Origin: Eledone cirrhosa
Taxonomy: Eukaryota
Length of the DNA stretch: 64,000 nucleotides
Reading direction: 5' to 3'
Assembly: GCA_964016885.1 (NCBI GenBank)
Contig: OZ024742.1
Coordinates: 39,370,001 to 39,434,000 of the forward strand
The position numbers and the translations under genes are program-made. Of this stretch, positions 30,080 to 43,862 are shown in pieces; the first letter of the stretch is position 1, and each line of letters opens with the position of its first letter. The notes under the pieces were generated by a model that saw only the letters and a list, made by a program, of their open reading frames with translations, did no database searches and had not been told where the DNA came from.

Positions 30080-32081
30080 CTGATGTTCCGATGACCCGGT
30101 GAGAAATTACTAATAAACTTAGGTGAAGGACTGTTAATGATAGATTTGTAGTATTTAGTTGCACACATTTAAGCCCTGTGTTCAAATTTTGCCAGGATTA
30201 ACTCCGGTTTCCGTCGTTTCAGAGTCGATAAGATAAATACCAGTGAAATACTGATGTCGATTCCTGTGACTGTGAGTTTATGACTATGGTCTTAAATTGG
30301 AAATCACATATAATCAAATAGAAACATATCCCAGAACATCTCTCAGAGTAATTAGAAACAAAAGCCCTTGATTAATCAAAATAGAACAAGTGATAATTTT
30401 ATTTAAATAAAATGGTAATAAAACAATCGTTTCCTTGTCGTATTTTTATTGAAAAGAGGAGGGTGGTGGAGTGGTAGTATTGTTGGTGATGGCGATAATG
30501 ATGATGATAGAAATATGGGGAGTGATGGGGATAGTAGAGGTAATGATAATAATAATAATTTCTACTATAGGCTCAAGGCCAGCAATTTGGGGGGAAGGGG
30601 AAAATCGATTAAATCAACCCCAGTGAATTACTGGTGCTTTTTCCCAATTTCCACAAATACACGAAGCAGACATCATGAACGTGTCTGGCACAAACATCAT
30701 CAGTTCGTCATTCAACAGTTTCTCGAAGACACGTGGAGATGGAGTAGAGAAGGATTTAAAGTTTTAGCGAAGTGCTTTTTGGGAGCTAGTAGCGAAGAGA
30801 GTAGATGTTTCAGTAGAAGAAAGCTCACATACTGTAACCCCCTCCCCCAACCCCCATCAAAGGTAATCGTCAAAATACAAATAATTATAATAATAGTCGA
30901 TTGCTATTAATAACAGTTAAAAAAATATGGTAAAATACCTTTGGAGAGAGAAAAATCTTAGACAGAATCGTCTGCGAGGAATCGAACCTAGTATCTCTAG
31001 GATGCCGGACGAATACATTAACTATTACGCTAACAAGTTCCTGGCCACAGATTGACGTCATTCAAATTTTCCTAATGCTTCTTATGCCAACTGGATGTTT
31101 AAACAAAAGTATACTTGAGATGGCAGAAAATAAGTTAATGAACCAAGCACACATGATCATACATAGAAGAGGTTGCCCAACAACATTTGAAATTGTCAAC
31201 ATACTGAGAAGAATCAACGAAGAAGCGTTAGAAGTCGATCAAAGACTGTAGATTGTAAAAGCTGAAGATTTAACTGAAAACAGCATGAACTGTAAGGAAA
31301 TAAATTGAATTGATATCCAAATTGAAAATACGAACGATATTAGCAATGAATTTGGGATTGACGATACAACAATTTGAAAGAAATATATGCAAATGCTACA
31401 TGAAAATATGTAAGAGGTGAAGATTTACAAGATGAAAAGTGAAATATTTTGATGCGATTAAAAGAGATTCTAAATAATCTAGAAATCAGAAAGCCATAAA
31501 AATTGAGATACATTAACAAAGGAAAAATCCGAGGTAAAATCTCAAATGTTAACGTTATATTAGAGCATGTTACAACTACAAACATTGCTGACATAGGTGG
31601 TGCTGTTGTTATAGGTGAAAGGTTGGCGTGTAAAATAAGCTGAGAAAATAAAAGAGAAATAGTATATATCAATGGTGGAAAAGATGGACTGAATGAAGAT
31701 ATATAGAAGAGATATCAATAAAACTGAAAACTGGAAGATAATGTTTTGTCATTAGTCTGGGTTCATGTTAGGGCATCATCTTCATGTAGATCATATCGAT
31801 CTTTCAAAACTAGAACTTATTTCATCGATCAGGCATTTTGACTTAAATTGGGTTGGCGAAAACTTTTAGGAAGCCGGATGGACAGCCCCTGTAATTCAAA
31901 GGATCAGACTTGTCCCACTATGTTTCAGGTTATATTTCCATGAGAATTGCATTATGGAAGACACAGCCACTTACATGTTTACTTTACGTTAATCGAACAA
32001 CTGCAACACTTATCGTAAATGCAGACGGAGGTTAATTCCACACACATATATACATATATATATATGTGTGTGTATGTGTGC

Positions 32082-32131
<50 letters not shown>

Positions 32132-32134
<3 letters not shown>

Positions 32135-32294
32135 AACGAGTAGTACCCCGACGGCTGAGCTCAGAATTAGCCGTCGAAACGGCTTGAGCTCAGCCGTCGG
32201 GGTCCTACTCGTTCCTATTACCCACTCTACCACCCTAAGTATTGAGTACTCTGGTGCGTTATGGTCCACCTGGTTCCTTACCACATTTCCTTCG

Positions 32295-32296
<2 letters not shown>
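32132..32296 (+). mobile_element. Family A element
   Basis: Inverted arm AGGAACGAGTAG..., GAAACGGCTTGAGCTCAGCCGTC, tail ending CCTTCGTT, (TA)n on both sides. Confidence 0.85.
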
Positions 32297-32329
<33 letters not shown>

Positions 32330-32344
32330 CATATGTACACACAT

Positions 32345-32423
<79 letters not shown>

Positions 32424-32435
32424 CATATGTACATA

Positions 32436-32495
<60 letters not shown>

Positions 32496-32497
<2 letters not shown>

Positions 32498-32639
32498 AAA
32501 ATGTTTAACCCCGACGGCAGAGCTCAACCCGTTTCGACGGCTATTTCTGGAGTCCACTTATTACCCACTCTACTACCCCAAGTATTGAGTACTCTGGTGC
32601 GTTATGGTCCATCTGGTTCCTTACCACACTTCCTTCGTT
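32496..32639 (+). mobile_element. Family A element (variant)
   Basis: Inverted hammerhead half joined directly to the conserved tail. Confidence 0.8.
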
Positions 32640-32699
32640 ATATATATATGGTTTTGGAGATAGACCCCCGTAACCATATATATTCTGAATCTACATTGC

Positions 32700-33350
32700 C
32701 CATGGTTTTGTTTTTTGTCCTGCAGGGTGTCCACAATCACCCTCCTCACCAAGTGGGGTTGCCAGTTTAGTCGCCGACGACCCGACCGTGCGACAGGTTG
32801 TACTGGTTTACATGTTACCAGTAGCAAAGGGCGGAAGACCTGATAAGAGTCAATGGCCATCCAAAAATGTGTAAATATGTATATACACATGTACATATGT
32901 ATGTGTATGTATATACGTGTGTATATGCCTGGGGTGTCAGGGAGGGGCATGTACCTCTGTAGGGGGGAGGGGGCTAGCCATGCCCTTTTCAGGACAGCTC
33001 GTCCTGCATTGGGTCCCACCTGACACTCAGCTTTCACATGTGGCCCCAAGAAGCTGTAGCATGCGACAGCGGCCACTCCCTAGTAAACCGCCTTGGCTGG
33101 CGGGCTGAACCAGGTTGAGGGTAGCCGGACGGGTCTGAAACCCTCCGGTAAGTTAGATAGGGGATGCTTGCCCCTGCATGCGAAGACTGGACCCGGCGGA
33201 GTGAGTGGAGGACGACAACATCGTCCCAACAATCACAAAGGCGGCGACAGCAAGCGGTGTGGAGCGCTAGGACATGACAAGGCACTACAGACGTCGTGGC
33301 CATCCACTGCAGCCAAGAAAGTCCCTGGTCGTGACGGCCCTCCGTACACC
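32700..33350 (+). mobile_element. Probable RTE/BovB-like LINE 5' UTR pieces
   Basis: 32700-32826 is the reverse complement of 51958-52090. GC-rich structured 32928-33350 (GTAGCATGCGACAGCGGCCAC...GAGGGTAGCC) resembles RTE 5' UTRs from memory only. Confidence 0.45.
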
Positions 33351-33609
33351 CGGATTCTGGCTTCTGCACTGGCCCTCCCACTATAAACCTTTCCAGCACA
33401 GGTTTCTTCTTTACCGTATACTCCCAAAGCCCTGCGGCGATGAAGGAGGAGAAAGGCATCAACAGCTGCCCCAAGCGACTCCGGTCTCTTTCCCTGCCCC
33501 CACTGTCCCCGGATCTGCAAGTCAAGGATCGGTCTCCACAGCCACCTTCGTGCCCATGGCAGACGGGAACTAAAATAAAGAATATGTCATCATCGTTTAC
33601 GATGGACAA

Positions 33610-34032
33610 CCAAGATATTACCCATGGTACTTGGATAAATATATTTCATTTTAATCAAAGGGTTCTCCGGGGGCACAAACCCCCGCTGAAAAACCTTGCT
33701 GAAAATGTTTTCCCTTCGATTTATATGAAATTTAAACCATAGGTAAATGACAAGATCTGATGCCTATTCACAAAAGTTTTGAATTGATATTTTTAAAAAA
33801 ATTATTTACAAGAAACAAAATAAGAATAAGATTTAATAATGTAATTTTGATTTGATATATTACAAAAAATAATGTTTTCCAATTTTTCATGCATTAAATT
33901 TTACATTGAGTAATGTTGAAATGCAGAGTTTTTCTCCATAAATTATATCACTGATTTAAAATCAATCATCATTTTCTTGCAAAAAAAAAAAAAAAATGTG
34001 TGAAACGCAGCAACGCGCGGGTAATTCGGCTA

Positions 34033-34033
<1 letters not shown>
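33610..34033 (+). mobile_element. Helitron-like 3' end
   Basis: GC-rich CGCAGCAACGCGCG hairpin ~10 nt before CTAG|T. The 5' boundary is uncertain. Confidence 0.55.
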
Positions 34034-34108
<75 letters not shown>

Positions 34109-34444
34109 AAGCGTTTACTTTAGTGATAGAATAGATCAAAGATTTATTGCAAAAGCAACCAAGATAGAGCGTCGCTCTGAGAATGAACTCAATTTGAGCA
34201 GAACAAACTTGAATGAAACCAGACACGGTTTTACCGCTACAAACCGGATTAAATATTGGTGAAAGAATTTAATTGGATTTTCCAACGTTGTTTCATATCG
34301 AGAATATATTACAACGGTTCTAAGACAATACGTACATATGTGATATTCATACATGCATACATACATATACTCACACATGAATACATAAATACATTACATA
34401 CACACACATCCATGCACAAACATGCACACACACACACGCACACA

Positions 34445-34582
<138 letters not shown>

Positions 34583-34872
34583 AGGTTATATTGTAATAAT
34601 TCACTATTTTCATTGGAATATGATTAGTAAGCTCAATGCACATTTTTACCCTTCGTTCTTCAGGAGTGAACAGTTACAGTAGCAGAGCATTTATAAGTCA
34701 AAATTCAATAAGACCAAGGATTACTGTTATTATTCTTTATTTATACCAGTAATACACTGGGTTATTGCTGGCCTTGTGCCTAACGTAGAAAGAATTATTA
34801 TTTATTTATACATCATTGATGTATAAATAAATAATAATAATACTAATCCTTGTTCTTATTGAATTGTGAATC

Positions 34873-34931
<59 letters not shown>

Positions 34932-34933
<2 letters not shown>

Positions 34934-35005
34934 AATGTTCAAGACCCCGACGGCAGAGCTCAAGACGTTGGCTTAAGCTCTGCCGTCTGGGTCTTGAACA
35001 TTTTC
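34932..35005. mobile_element. Family A variant reduced to a hairpin
   Basis: AAATGTTCAAGACCCCGACGGCAGAGCT ... AGCTCTGCCGTCTGGGTCTTGAACATTT between (TA)n tracts. Confidence 0.75.
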
Positions 35006-35017
35006 ATATATATATAT

Positions 35018-35577
35018 AGGAAAGAGTAGGACCCCGACGGCTGAATGAAAATTTTTATCCTGGTAAATGAATAGCCGAGCTTCTCAGGGGGTAATTCTAT
35101 ATATGGTAATTCTATATATGGTAAAAGGATTGGTCACAAAAGTTTGTTGTTGAGTCACATAATTCTATCATGGCATTTTGTGGAGGAAAGAGGGAGAGGG
35201 AGTGGTTGAAACCCAGTCGTGCGTTGAAAGTGACAACTACAGCAGAATCCTAAGGATAAAGGTCCCTCTTTCTTCTACTGGCAAGTTCAGCTACCCCTTC
35301 CTTCCACAAAATGCCATGATAGAATTATGTGTCTCAACAACAAACTTTTGACCAATCTTTGTGACAATCACTTTTACCATATATGGAATTACCCCCTGAG
35401 AAGCTCGGCTATTCATTTACCAGGATAAAAATGTTCATTTAGTCCAGAATTATCTGTCGAAACGGCTTGAGCTCAGCCATCGGGGTCCTACTCGTTCCTA
35501 TTACCCACTCTACTACCCTAAGTATTGAGTACTTTGGTGCCTTATGGTTCATCTGGTTCCTTACCACATTTCCTTCG

Positions 35578-35579
<2 letters not shown>
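35018..35579 (+). mobile_element. Longest family A element, with a ~145-bp internal inverted repeat and a complete hammerhead-like fold at 35391-35486
   Basis: Arms ~35045-35190 and ~35297-35438. ACCCC-CTGAGAA-G..CGGCTATTC...GAATTAtCtG-TC-GAAA-CGGCT tgagctc AGCCa-TC-GGGGT. Confidence 0.75.
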
Positions 35580-35612
<33 letters not shown>

Positions 35613-35805
35613 GTATAGGATTATCCTAGATGTAGTAATGGTTAATTACTACACTGGATATGGTTGACGTACGGTGAGAGGTTACTCTACGAGTTATGGA
35701 AGAATTGTTGAAGAAACTTAGTTCCTCATCCTTCTGTATTCCGGAGTGTATATAAAGAAAGAATAATAACAGGTAGACATCATAAAAAGGTAATTTATTC
35801 CGTGT

Positions 35806-35915
35806 GCTTACAAATGTTTCCACGGTGGTACTACAGCCTAGTTATGCTATGTGCAAATTTACAACTATGTGCAGAACCCAAATATCCAATGCTGTGACCA
35901 CTGTATCCTCAGAGC
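35806..35915 (-). ncRNA. Hammerhead with long helix II (left arm of inverted repeat, element 35610-36085)
   Basis: Near-perfect mirror of 35923-36032. Confidence 0.75.
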
Positions 35916-35922
35916 AGAATCC

Positions 35923-36032
35923 GCTCTGAGGATACAGTGGTCACAGCATTGGAAATTTGAGTTCTGCAAGTACTTGTGAATTTGCACATAGCATAACTAG
36001 GCTGTAGTACCACCGTGGAAACATTTGTAAGC
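35923..36032 (+). ncRNA. Hammerhead with ~85-nt helix II domain
   Basis: GCT-CTGAGGA-TACAGTGGT...ACCACCGTG-GAAA-CATTTG-TA-AGC, then AATAAA at 36039. Confidence 0.75.
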
Positions 36033-36293
36033 ACACGGAATAAATTACCTTTTTATGATGTCTACTTGTTATTATTCATTCTTTATATATATATATATAT
36101 AAATGAAGTTAATATGTCCAAGGATACTAGGTACCCTTAGAAATACATAGGTTGTCTATGATTCAAGGTTGTTCAATGGTTTTAATTTGATACACCAGAA
36201 CTTTAATATTAAGATAAGCAGAACAAGTAAAATTCAATCAATTCTTTAAAATACATTAAAAAATATAATATAAATATTTACCTCTCCTAGTGG

Positions 36294-36372
36294 TCCTTAC
36301 TGATCAGTTTCGCTTTGTAAAACCTCATAAATCCGATGGATTTCTGATGGAAAACCAAAGCTCATCAGAGAA
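36294..36372 (-). ncRNA. Type I hammerhead, family B (element 36100-36410)
   Basis: TTCT-CTGATGA-GCTTTG...CAAAGC-GAAA-CTGATCAG-TA-AGGA, with palindromic ACTGATCAGT. 36371-36410 is an inverted copy of ~36207-36246. Confidence 0.85.
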
Positions 36373-36404
36373 GAATTGATTGAATTTTACTTGTTCTGCT
36401 TATC

Positions 36405-36453
<49 letters not shown>

Positions 36454-36754
36454 TTACATATATATGAAAGCATACATAGGGTATAAGACACGTTGTGTTC
36501 TTAACAAAAACACATTATTTCACTGTTCTTTTTGCCAGTATTTGCAAATGGCGGATAGTATGAGCAGTGGAAAGACCAAGATAGACATTGTTTCATCGAT
36601 ACTATCTAAAGATCAGGAAAAAAAATTGTTCTGGATTAAAACACATATATATATATATATATACATACATACATATATGCATACATACATACACACAGAG
36701 ACAGACACACATAGATACACATACACACAAAGTCACACGCACATACATACATAA

Positions 36755-36856
<102 letters not shown>

Positions 36857-37042
36857 ATGTTTGGTACTTAGAGTCATCTCGTTCTAAGATTAACTGTAGT
36901 TTTCGATACATCGAACTATTGATCTTATCAAATTAACGTCCAATTGCAGGGCAGCACCAGCTGCAGGCAATGAAACGTTACATGAATCATTGAGGCGAAA
37001 TATGCAAAATTTACACTGAATTAGAATTGTAGGTATCGTATG

Positions 37043-37098
<56 letters not shown>

Positions 37099-37272
37099 GT
37101 GGGATGATAGAGAGAGGAGAGTAAGAGAAAGAGAGCGAGAGTGAGAGAATGGAAGAGAGAGAGAGAGAGAAAAGGCACATTATATATATGCATGTACATC
37201 CCTAGGAATCTAAGCATCCATCTCTCTTTCTCTCATCTCTCTCTTTATCTCCCTCCCATTCTCTCTCACACA

Positions 37273-37336
<64 letters not shown>

Positions 37337-37389
37337 ATATATATATATACAGATGTGAGAAAAACCACAGACCCTCCATCTCAACTCTA

Positions 37390-37425
37390 CTTTTGAAAAG
37401 CAGAAGAACTGCGAAACCGGTAAAG
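37390..37425 (+). ncRNA. Minimal hammerhead, U3:A8 variant (element 37350-37562)
   Basis: CTT-TTGAAAA-GCAG aagaa CTGC-GAAA-CCGG-TA-AAG, followed by AATAAA. Confidence 0.7.
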
Positions 37426-37565
37426 GAAGCAAATAAATATATATTTTTTAAAAAATAAGACTCCAGCTGCATTTTCGATTTCATCTTTTTTTTCTTTATA
37501 CTTTCACTCGTGTAGGACACCTCGGTTATTTTTCATTTTGTAAAAATAACGTCACTTTCTAATAT

Positions 37566-37612
<47 letters not shown>

Positions 37613-37615
37613 CAT

Positions 37616-37665
<50 letters not shown>

Positions 37666-38163
37666 ATATATATGTATATATATGCAAATATTGCTGGAGC
37701 TATACGCATCACAATATTATTCACTAATGGAAAGATAACATAAAATAATAATAATAATAACAATAATAATAATAATAATAAGCATGATGATGATTTGGTA
37801 TTTTAAAAAATCATATATTAAGACAAAAAGGGAAAGGATGTAAGATAATTATACGAAATAACATAGGCATTTGAAGTATATACATACATACAAATATATA
37901 TATATATATATATATGTATGTCCTATACATACACATATATATATATATATAAATTTATATATGTAATATATATATATATACATTATGAAGAGAGAAGAAA
38001 CATTTAGATATAATTCGTAATAAAATGTATCATACCTAAACTATATATATATATATATATGTGTATATATATATATATATATAACCATATATATATTTAT
38101 ATATATATATATCTGTATATATATATATATATAACCATATATATATTTATATATATATATATA

Positions 38164-38239
<76 letters not shown>

Positions 38240-38262
38240 TATCTGTATATATATATATTATA

Positions 38263-38338
<76 letters not shown>

Positions 38339-38753
38339 CCTACATGGTAATGTAGATTCCCGATGTTATATGTATAAGTTAAGAATAATCTTTTCCTAAT
38401 GGAAAAGATAGCAAAATAAATAACAACTAATATATAATGGTTGGTATAGACAAATCATGTCTTAAGACTAAAAGATATGCTAAACCGAGTGTAAGTTAAT
38501 TATCCTTAATAACCGATACATTTCCTTAGTGTGTATATGTGTGTGGATGTTTATAGAATGCGTTTCTCACTGTACATATGCATGTTTATGTACATATGTG
38601 TATATATTAAAATGTGTATATATGGTCATGTATAAATATATATATATGTGCATGTATATGAATATATATATATATTATATATATATACATGTATGTGTAT
38701 AGATGTATACATGTATGTATATATATAAGTATATAAATGTAGATATGTATGTA

Positions 38754-38834
<81 letters not shown>

Positions 38835-38951
38835 TCTTTTAGCCCATGGAGCGCTTGCCAGCATGACTCGGAATTTGCGTTACGTTTCGCTTTTTCTACC
38901 CGCCGAAATGCGATTCTGCGCACATCTATCTAACTCTTTCTTTCTTTTCTC

Positions 38952-39064
<113 letters not shown>

Positions 39065-40164
39065 GTGTGTGTGTGTGAGTGTATATATATATATATATAT
39101 ATACACTCACACACACACACACATTGATAGATAGATAGATACTTATATAACATATGTTCAGATATACAGCTTTAAGTCTCTGATATTATTAATGTAGATA
39201 TGAAATTAAAAGGCAGTCACTGCTAGTGTCTTAAGACATATTCTAGCATAAAGTGCAAATGGCAATCATGTACCTCCTATTAGTCAACACTAATCCAAAT
39301 AACATGAATGCTCATATTTGGACTTGTTTGTGACCGTTTGTATGTACGTATGTGTGAATGTATGTGTATTTTTATATAAGACTAAGTGCAGTACCCGGTA
39401 ATACCCTGGAAAGGTGGGGGTTATTCGCAGTTCCCAGAGTGCGCCTGAAAATGCTAGCGACCCTGGGTGCCTATACTGGATTTTCAATAGCAACCTTTGC
39501 TAGGTGTGTTTAAGGCAGATCAACTTTTTTTGTGTGGAACTATCAATAGCTGTTTAAGTCATAAGTCCTTCCAACCAGCTTTCTTCATTCAGAGTGAATA
39601 GGCCGGGGAAGTTTGAGCTCGAAGAGTATCGAACTTATTCAACAAACGTATGTATAAGAATAGCAAACTTACTGCCTTAGCGCTCAAGAACACAGAGTCG
39701 GTAGTGGAACGGACTGAAGTCGAACTTCATCGGTTTCAACGATGAGTTTACTAGATGTTCGATCAACTGAACAGACTACTTGTAGAATTGATGTGTAAGT
39801 AGATGAGCCTTTCACAGACACGTGTACATTTAATGTAATTCTGAGTGTAATTCAGAATGTGTGACAAGGCTAGTCCTTTGTATTACACGTAAAGTCCAAC
39901 CGACTTCCAGAGAGAGGATTTAAATCCTGTCCACGTGGTGACAAAACAGCAAAGGCAGACATAAAGAGGACAGGAAGTTATAGGTCCTGGAAAGTAGCTC
40001 CGAAAAACCTGTCCTATCCAGTCAACACGTCTATGTTTACTTCCGCTTTTGCTACGGACTGGTTCAAGTATAGGTCAAATTTTGGCCTCATTCGATCCTG
40101 TACTAGCTAGCAGATGGCAATATATTTTGCCGTTCCTGGGACTTTTTGTCCTAGGAAAGGAAAA

Positions 40165-40247
40165 TGCTCTCTGATGATCTTCACTTTTCCATTAGAGGTC
40201 CCATGGATTTCTAGTGTTTTGTGAAGTGAAACCGATCGGTAAAAGCA
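40165..40247 (+). ncRNA. Type I hammerhead, family B (element ends at (TA)n, 40436)
   Basis: TGCTCT-CTGATGA-tCTTCAC...GTGAAGt-GAAA-CCGATCGG-TA-AAAGCA. The downstream ~190 bp is homologous to 36100-36293. Confidence 0.85.
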
Positions 40248-40432
40248 CTGGAGTAGGTAAATATTTAAATTATATTTTTTAATTTATTTTAAAAAATTGT
40301 TTGAATTTTGCTTGTTCTGCTTATCTCAATATTATAGTTCTGGTATGTCAAATTAATATCATTGAACAACCCTGTATCATAGACAACCTATATATTTCCA
40401 GGGGTACTTAGTACCCGTGGGCATATTAACTT

Positions 40433-40495
<63 letters not shown>

Positions 40496-40496
<1 letters not shown>

Positions 40497-41068
40497 TAGC
40501 AGTGGTACGCGGCGTTGCACGGGATAAGGTATTTTGGAAAGCGGGCCGCTAACAGACCTAATCGTGAAAAAACTGCATGCCTGGAAAATATGTTAAGAAA
40601 ATAAACCGAATACTCTGATGGCTGGATAATCTAAGATTTTCCTCGATGAAGCAGGAAAAATGCAGGTTTTCACCTAATGCGGGCCTAGGGATCAAGAAAA
40701 TTAATTTTTTTTATGTGCATAATATGGCTTGAAATTTCGGGAAAATCGGCTAGACGCAACGCCTCAAAAAAGCCCTAAAAAGCTGAAAGAAATGGAGTTT
40801 TTCACCTAATGCTGGCCATAAAAAAGTTGGATTTTCTTTACTCACGGTATGAAGAAGATACTGACTAATACATTGTTACAATTTAAAGGAAATCGGTCTG
40901 ACACAACGCCTCGAAAAACCCGTAAAAAGCTGGAAAAAAACGCAGTTTTTCACCTAATGCGGGCCCTAGGGGATCAAAAAGTTGAATTTTTTTAATGTGC
41001 ATAACACTCCCTGATACATAAGTAATACACATGTAAAGTTTGAAAAAAACCGATTGGGTACTTCTCGG

Positions 41069-41150
<82 letters not shown>

Positions 41151-41625
41151 TACATACATACATACATACATACATACATTGGGACCACACATTGAAAACG
41201 TGTTCTGTTGCGGAGATCAGCTGCCCACTTGATGTAAAAGTTGTCAGAAAAATACAGGAGAAGGAGGCCATCTACGGACCATTGATGAGGAGTTTACAAA
41301 TCCAGTATCCAAGATACACCTTTAGCTTCATACCCATCATTATTGGAGCTACGGGTTATATACCAACCCGCTTGGACCAAAGTATGACTGAACTTGGATT
41401 TGCGGACAAAAAGCGCAGCTCCCTAATTCATAGTCTACAAATGGCTGCGATAGCTGGCACCTTCAAAATTTGCAAAACATTCTTGCGATTCAAGGGATGA
41501 CAATTTCTTTTCTTTTACAACCTTGCCACCAGGAAGGTGGCCGGTCAAAAAAATATACTCGAAATTAAGAGAAAGAGATAACATACATACATCCTTCCTC
41601 AGGTTTATATATATACATATATAGA
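40496..41625 (-). mobile_element. Non-autonomous Helitron-like element
   Basis: On the minus strand it begins A|TCTATATAT and ends CCCGTGCAACGCCGCG hairpin...CTAG|T. Three internal ~125-bp repeats (GTTTTTCACCTAATGC) and a (CA)n/(CATA)n tract. Confidence 0.75.
41180..41580 (+). mobile_element. 5'-truncated R4/Dong-type non-LTR retrotransposon (RLE C-terminus plus 3' UTR)
   Basis: Uninterrupted frame ...VAEISCPLD..KIQEKEAIYGPL...FIPIIIGATGYIP...GTFKICKTFLRFKG* with RLE E/D-x-KxxxY and PxxxGAxG motifs. Flanked on both sides by (ACAT)n. Confidence 0.8.
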
Positions 41626-41629
41626 TTTA

Positions 41630-42390
<761 letters not shown>

Positions 42391-42634
42391 TTCATTATAA
42401 AAATTAAATGATAGCATTTAATTCTATATGTAGGTGGGACCCCTTCATCTGGCAACCAATATTTTAAAACCTAGTCCGCCACTGTATATATATATATACT
42501 TAATTGCAACCACACGGCTCGTTATTATATATATATAGTGGTAGAAAACTGGAAGGTAATATCCGTAGTGGTAGAGCACTCAGTTCATGGGACGAGTTAG
42601 GTAGAAGTGGTTACACAACAGTTAGTTCACCATA

Positions 42635-42673
42635 CCGAGAACAATTGTTTCACCTTAGCGGATCCTCAGTTCG
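42635..42673 (-). ncRNA. Minimal type I hammerhead in element 42538-42675 (sister of 27758-27903)
   Basis: CGAa-CTGAGGA-tCC gctaa GGt-GAAA-CAATTG-TT-CTCG, with palindromic helix III. Confidence 0.75.
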
Positions 42674-42785
42674 TAATATATATATATATATAATGCCAAT
42701 TATTGTAAGTTTGAATCTAGCTGACATGCAAAAACATATATATAGGAATAAGGTAAGACCAAATCATAGTAGATTCAAATGTCAC

Positions 42786-42879
<94 letters not shown>

Positions 42880-43274
42880 TGGGGGGGGGGGAATGAGGTG
42901 CAACAGAAATGAAACATGGATTACAGGTTAAAATATAGTCTAGATAGATGTGAAACAAATCGAGGATGTAGTTTATGGAACACCCAAATGATTTAGAAGT
43001 CGATCTTAAGTAGGAACAATAACATTAAGAAAGACACAACACTTCGTTTTGAAAATTTTGAAAGTAGGTTTATAAGTATGAATTTTGATGAGATTTTCGT
43101 AGCCGTTTCTGTGGCCTAGCGGTAGGTAATAGGGACGGTGGAGATCCTGGCCTTGGGTTCAATCTTGGTCAAGAGGTACATGTAAACTTTTTTCAGTTTT
43201 TATTTTACAACCAATAGAAAAAAACTGAAAAGGTTTACCGGTTATTGAAAGTCTCTGGAATTCGCAACATACGT

Positions 43275-43631
43275 GATATTTCTTATTGGAGAAGGTAAGA
43301 TATTTCTTATTGGAGAAGGTAAGATATTTTATTGGAGAAGGTAAGATATTTCTTATTGGAGAAGGTAAGATATTTCTTATTGGAGAAGGTAAGATATTTC
43401 TTATTGGAGAAGGTAAGATATTTTATTGTAGAAGGTAAGATATTTCTTATTGGAGAAGGTAAGATATTTTATTGGAGAAGGTAAGATATTTCTTATTGGA
43501 GAAGGTAAGATATTTCTTATTGGAGAAGGTAAGATATTTCTTATTGGAGAAGGTAAGATATTTTATTGGAGAAGGTAAGATATTTTTTTGGAGAAGGTAA
43601 GATATTTCTTACTGGAGAAGGTAAGATATTT
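43275..43631. repeat. 22-24 bp minisatellite, about 15 units
   Basis: GATATTTCTTATTGGAGAAGGTAA head to tail with no spacers. Lies inside an element whose end (43696-43784, ...CCGCCACTG) recurs at 42391-42484. Confidence 0.9.
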
Positions 43632-43780
43632 TTCCGCAAAAATTTTATTGCACTGTTTTGTTTCCTCTTATGTATTTTTCGAAAATGTTATTTATTCATT
43701 ATAAAGTTAAATGATAGCATTCTGTATATAGGTGGGCCCCCTTCATCTCCTGGCAACCAATATTTTAGACCCAGACCGCC

Positions 43781-43862
<82 letters not shown>

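Noticed and set aside
31080-31760. Possible LINE N-terminal remnant (WWKRW motif), and a possible ORF1 remnant at 20950-21420
   Set aside because: Too degraded to assign by eye.
34632-34666. Hammerhead-like motif (minus), CTC-CTGAAGA...aAAA-TGTGCA-TT-GAG
   Set aside because: Catalytic G12 is A and helix II is poor, so it is counted only as decayed.
43101-43160. tRNA-like sequences here and at 30965-31035 and 58680-58740
   Set aside because: A and B boxes only, no cloverleaf. These are SINE-head remnants, not tRNA genes.
43275-43631. CRISPR-like 24-bp repeats
   Set aside because: No unique spacers, no cas genes, eukaryotic context. It is a minisatellite.
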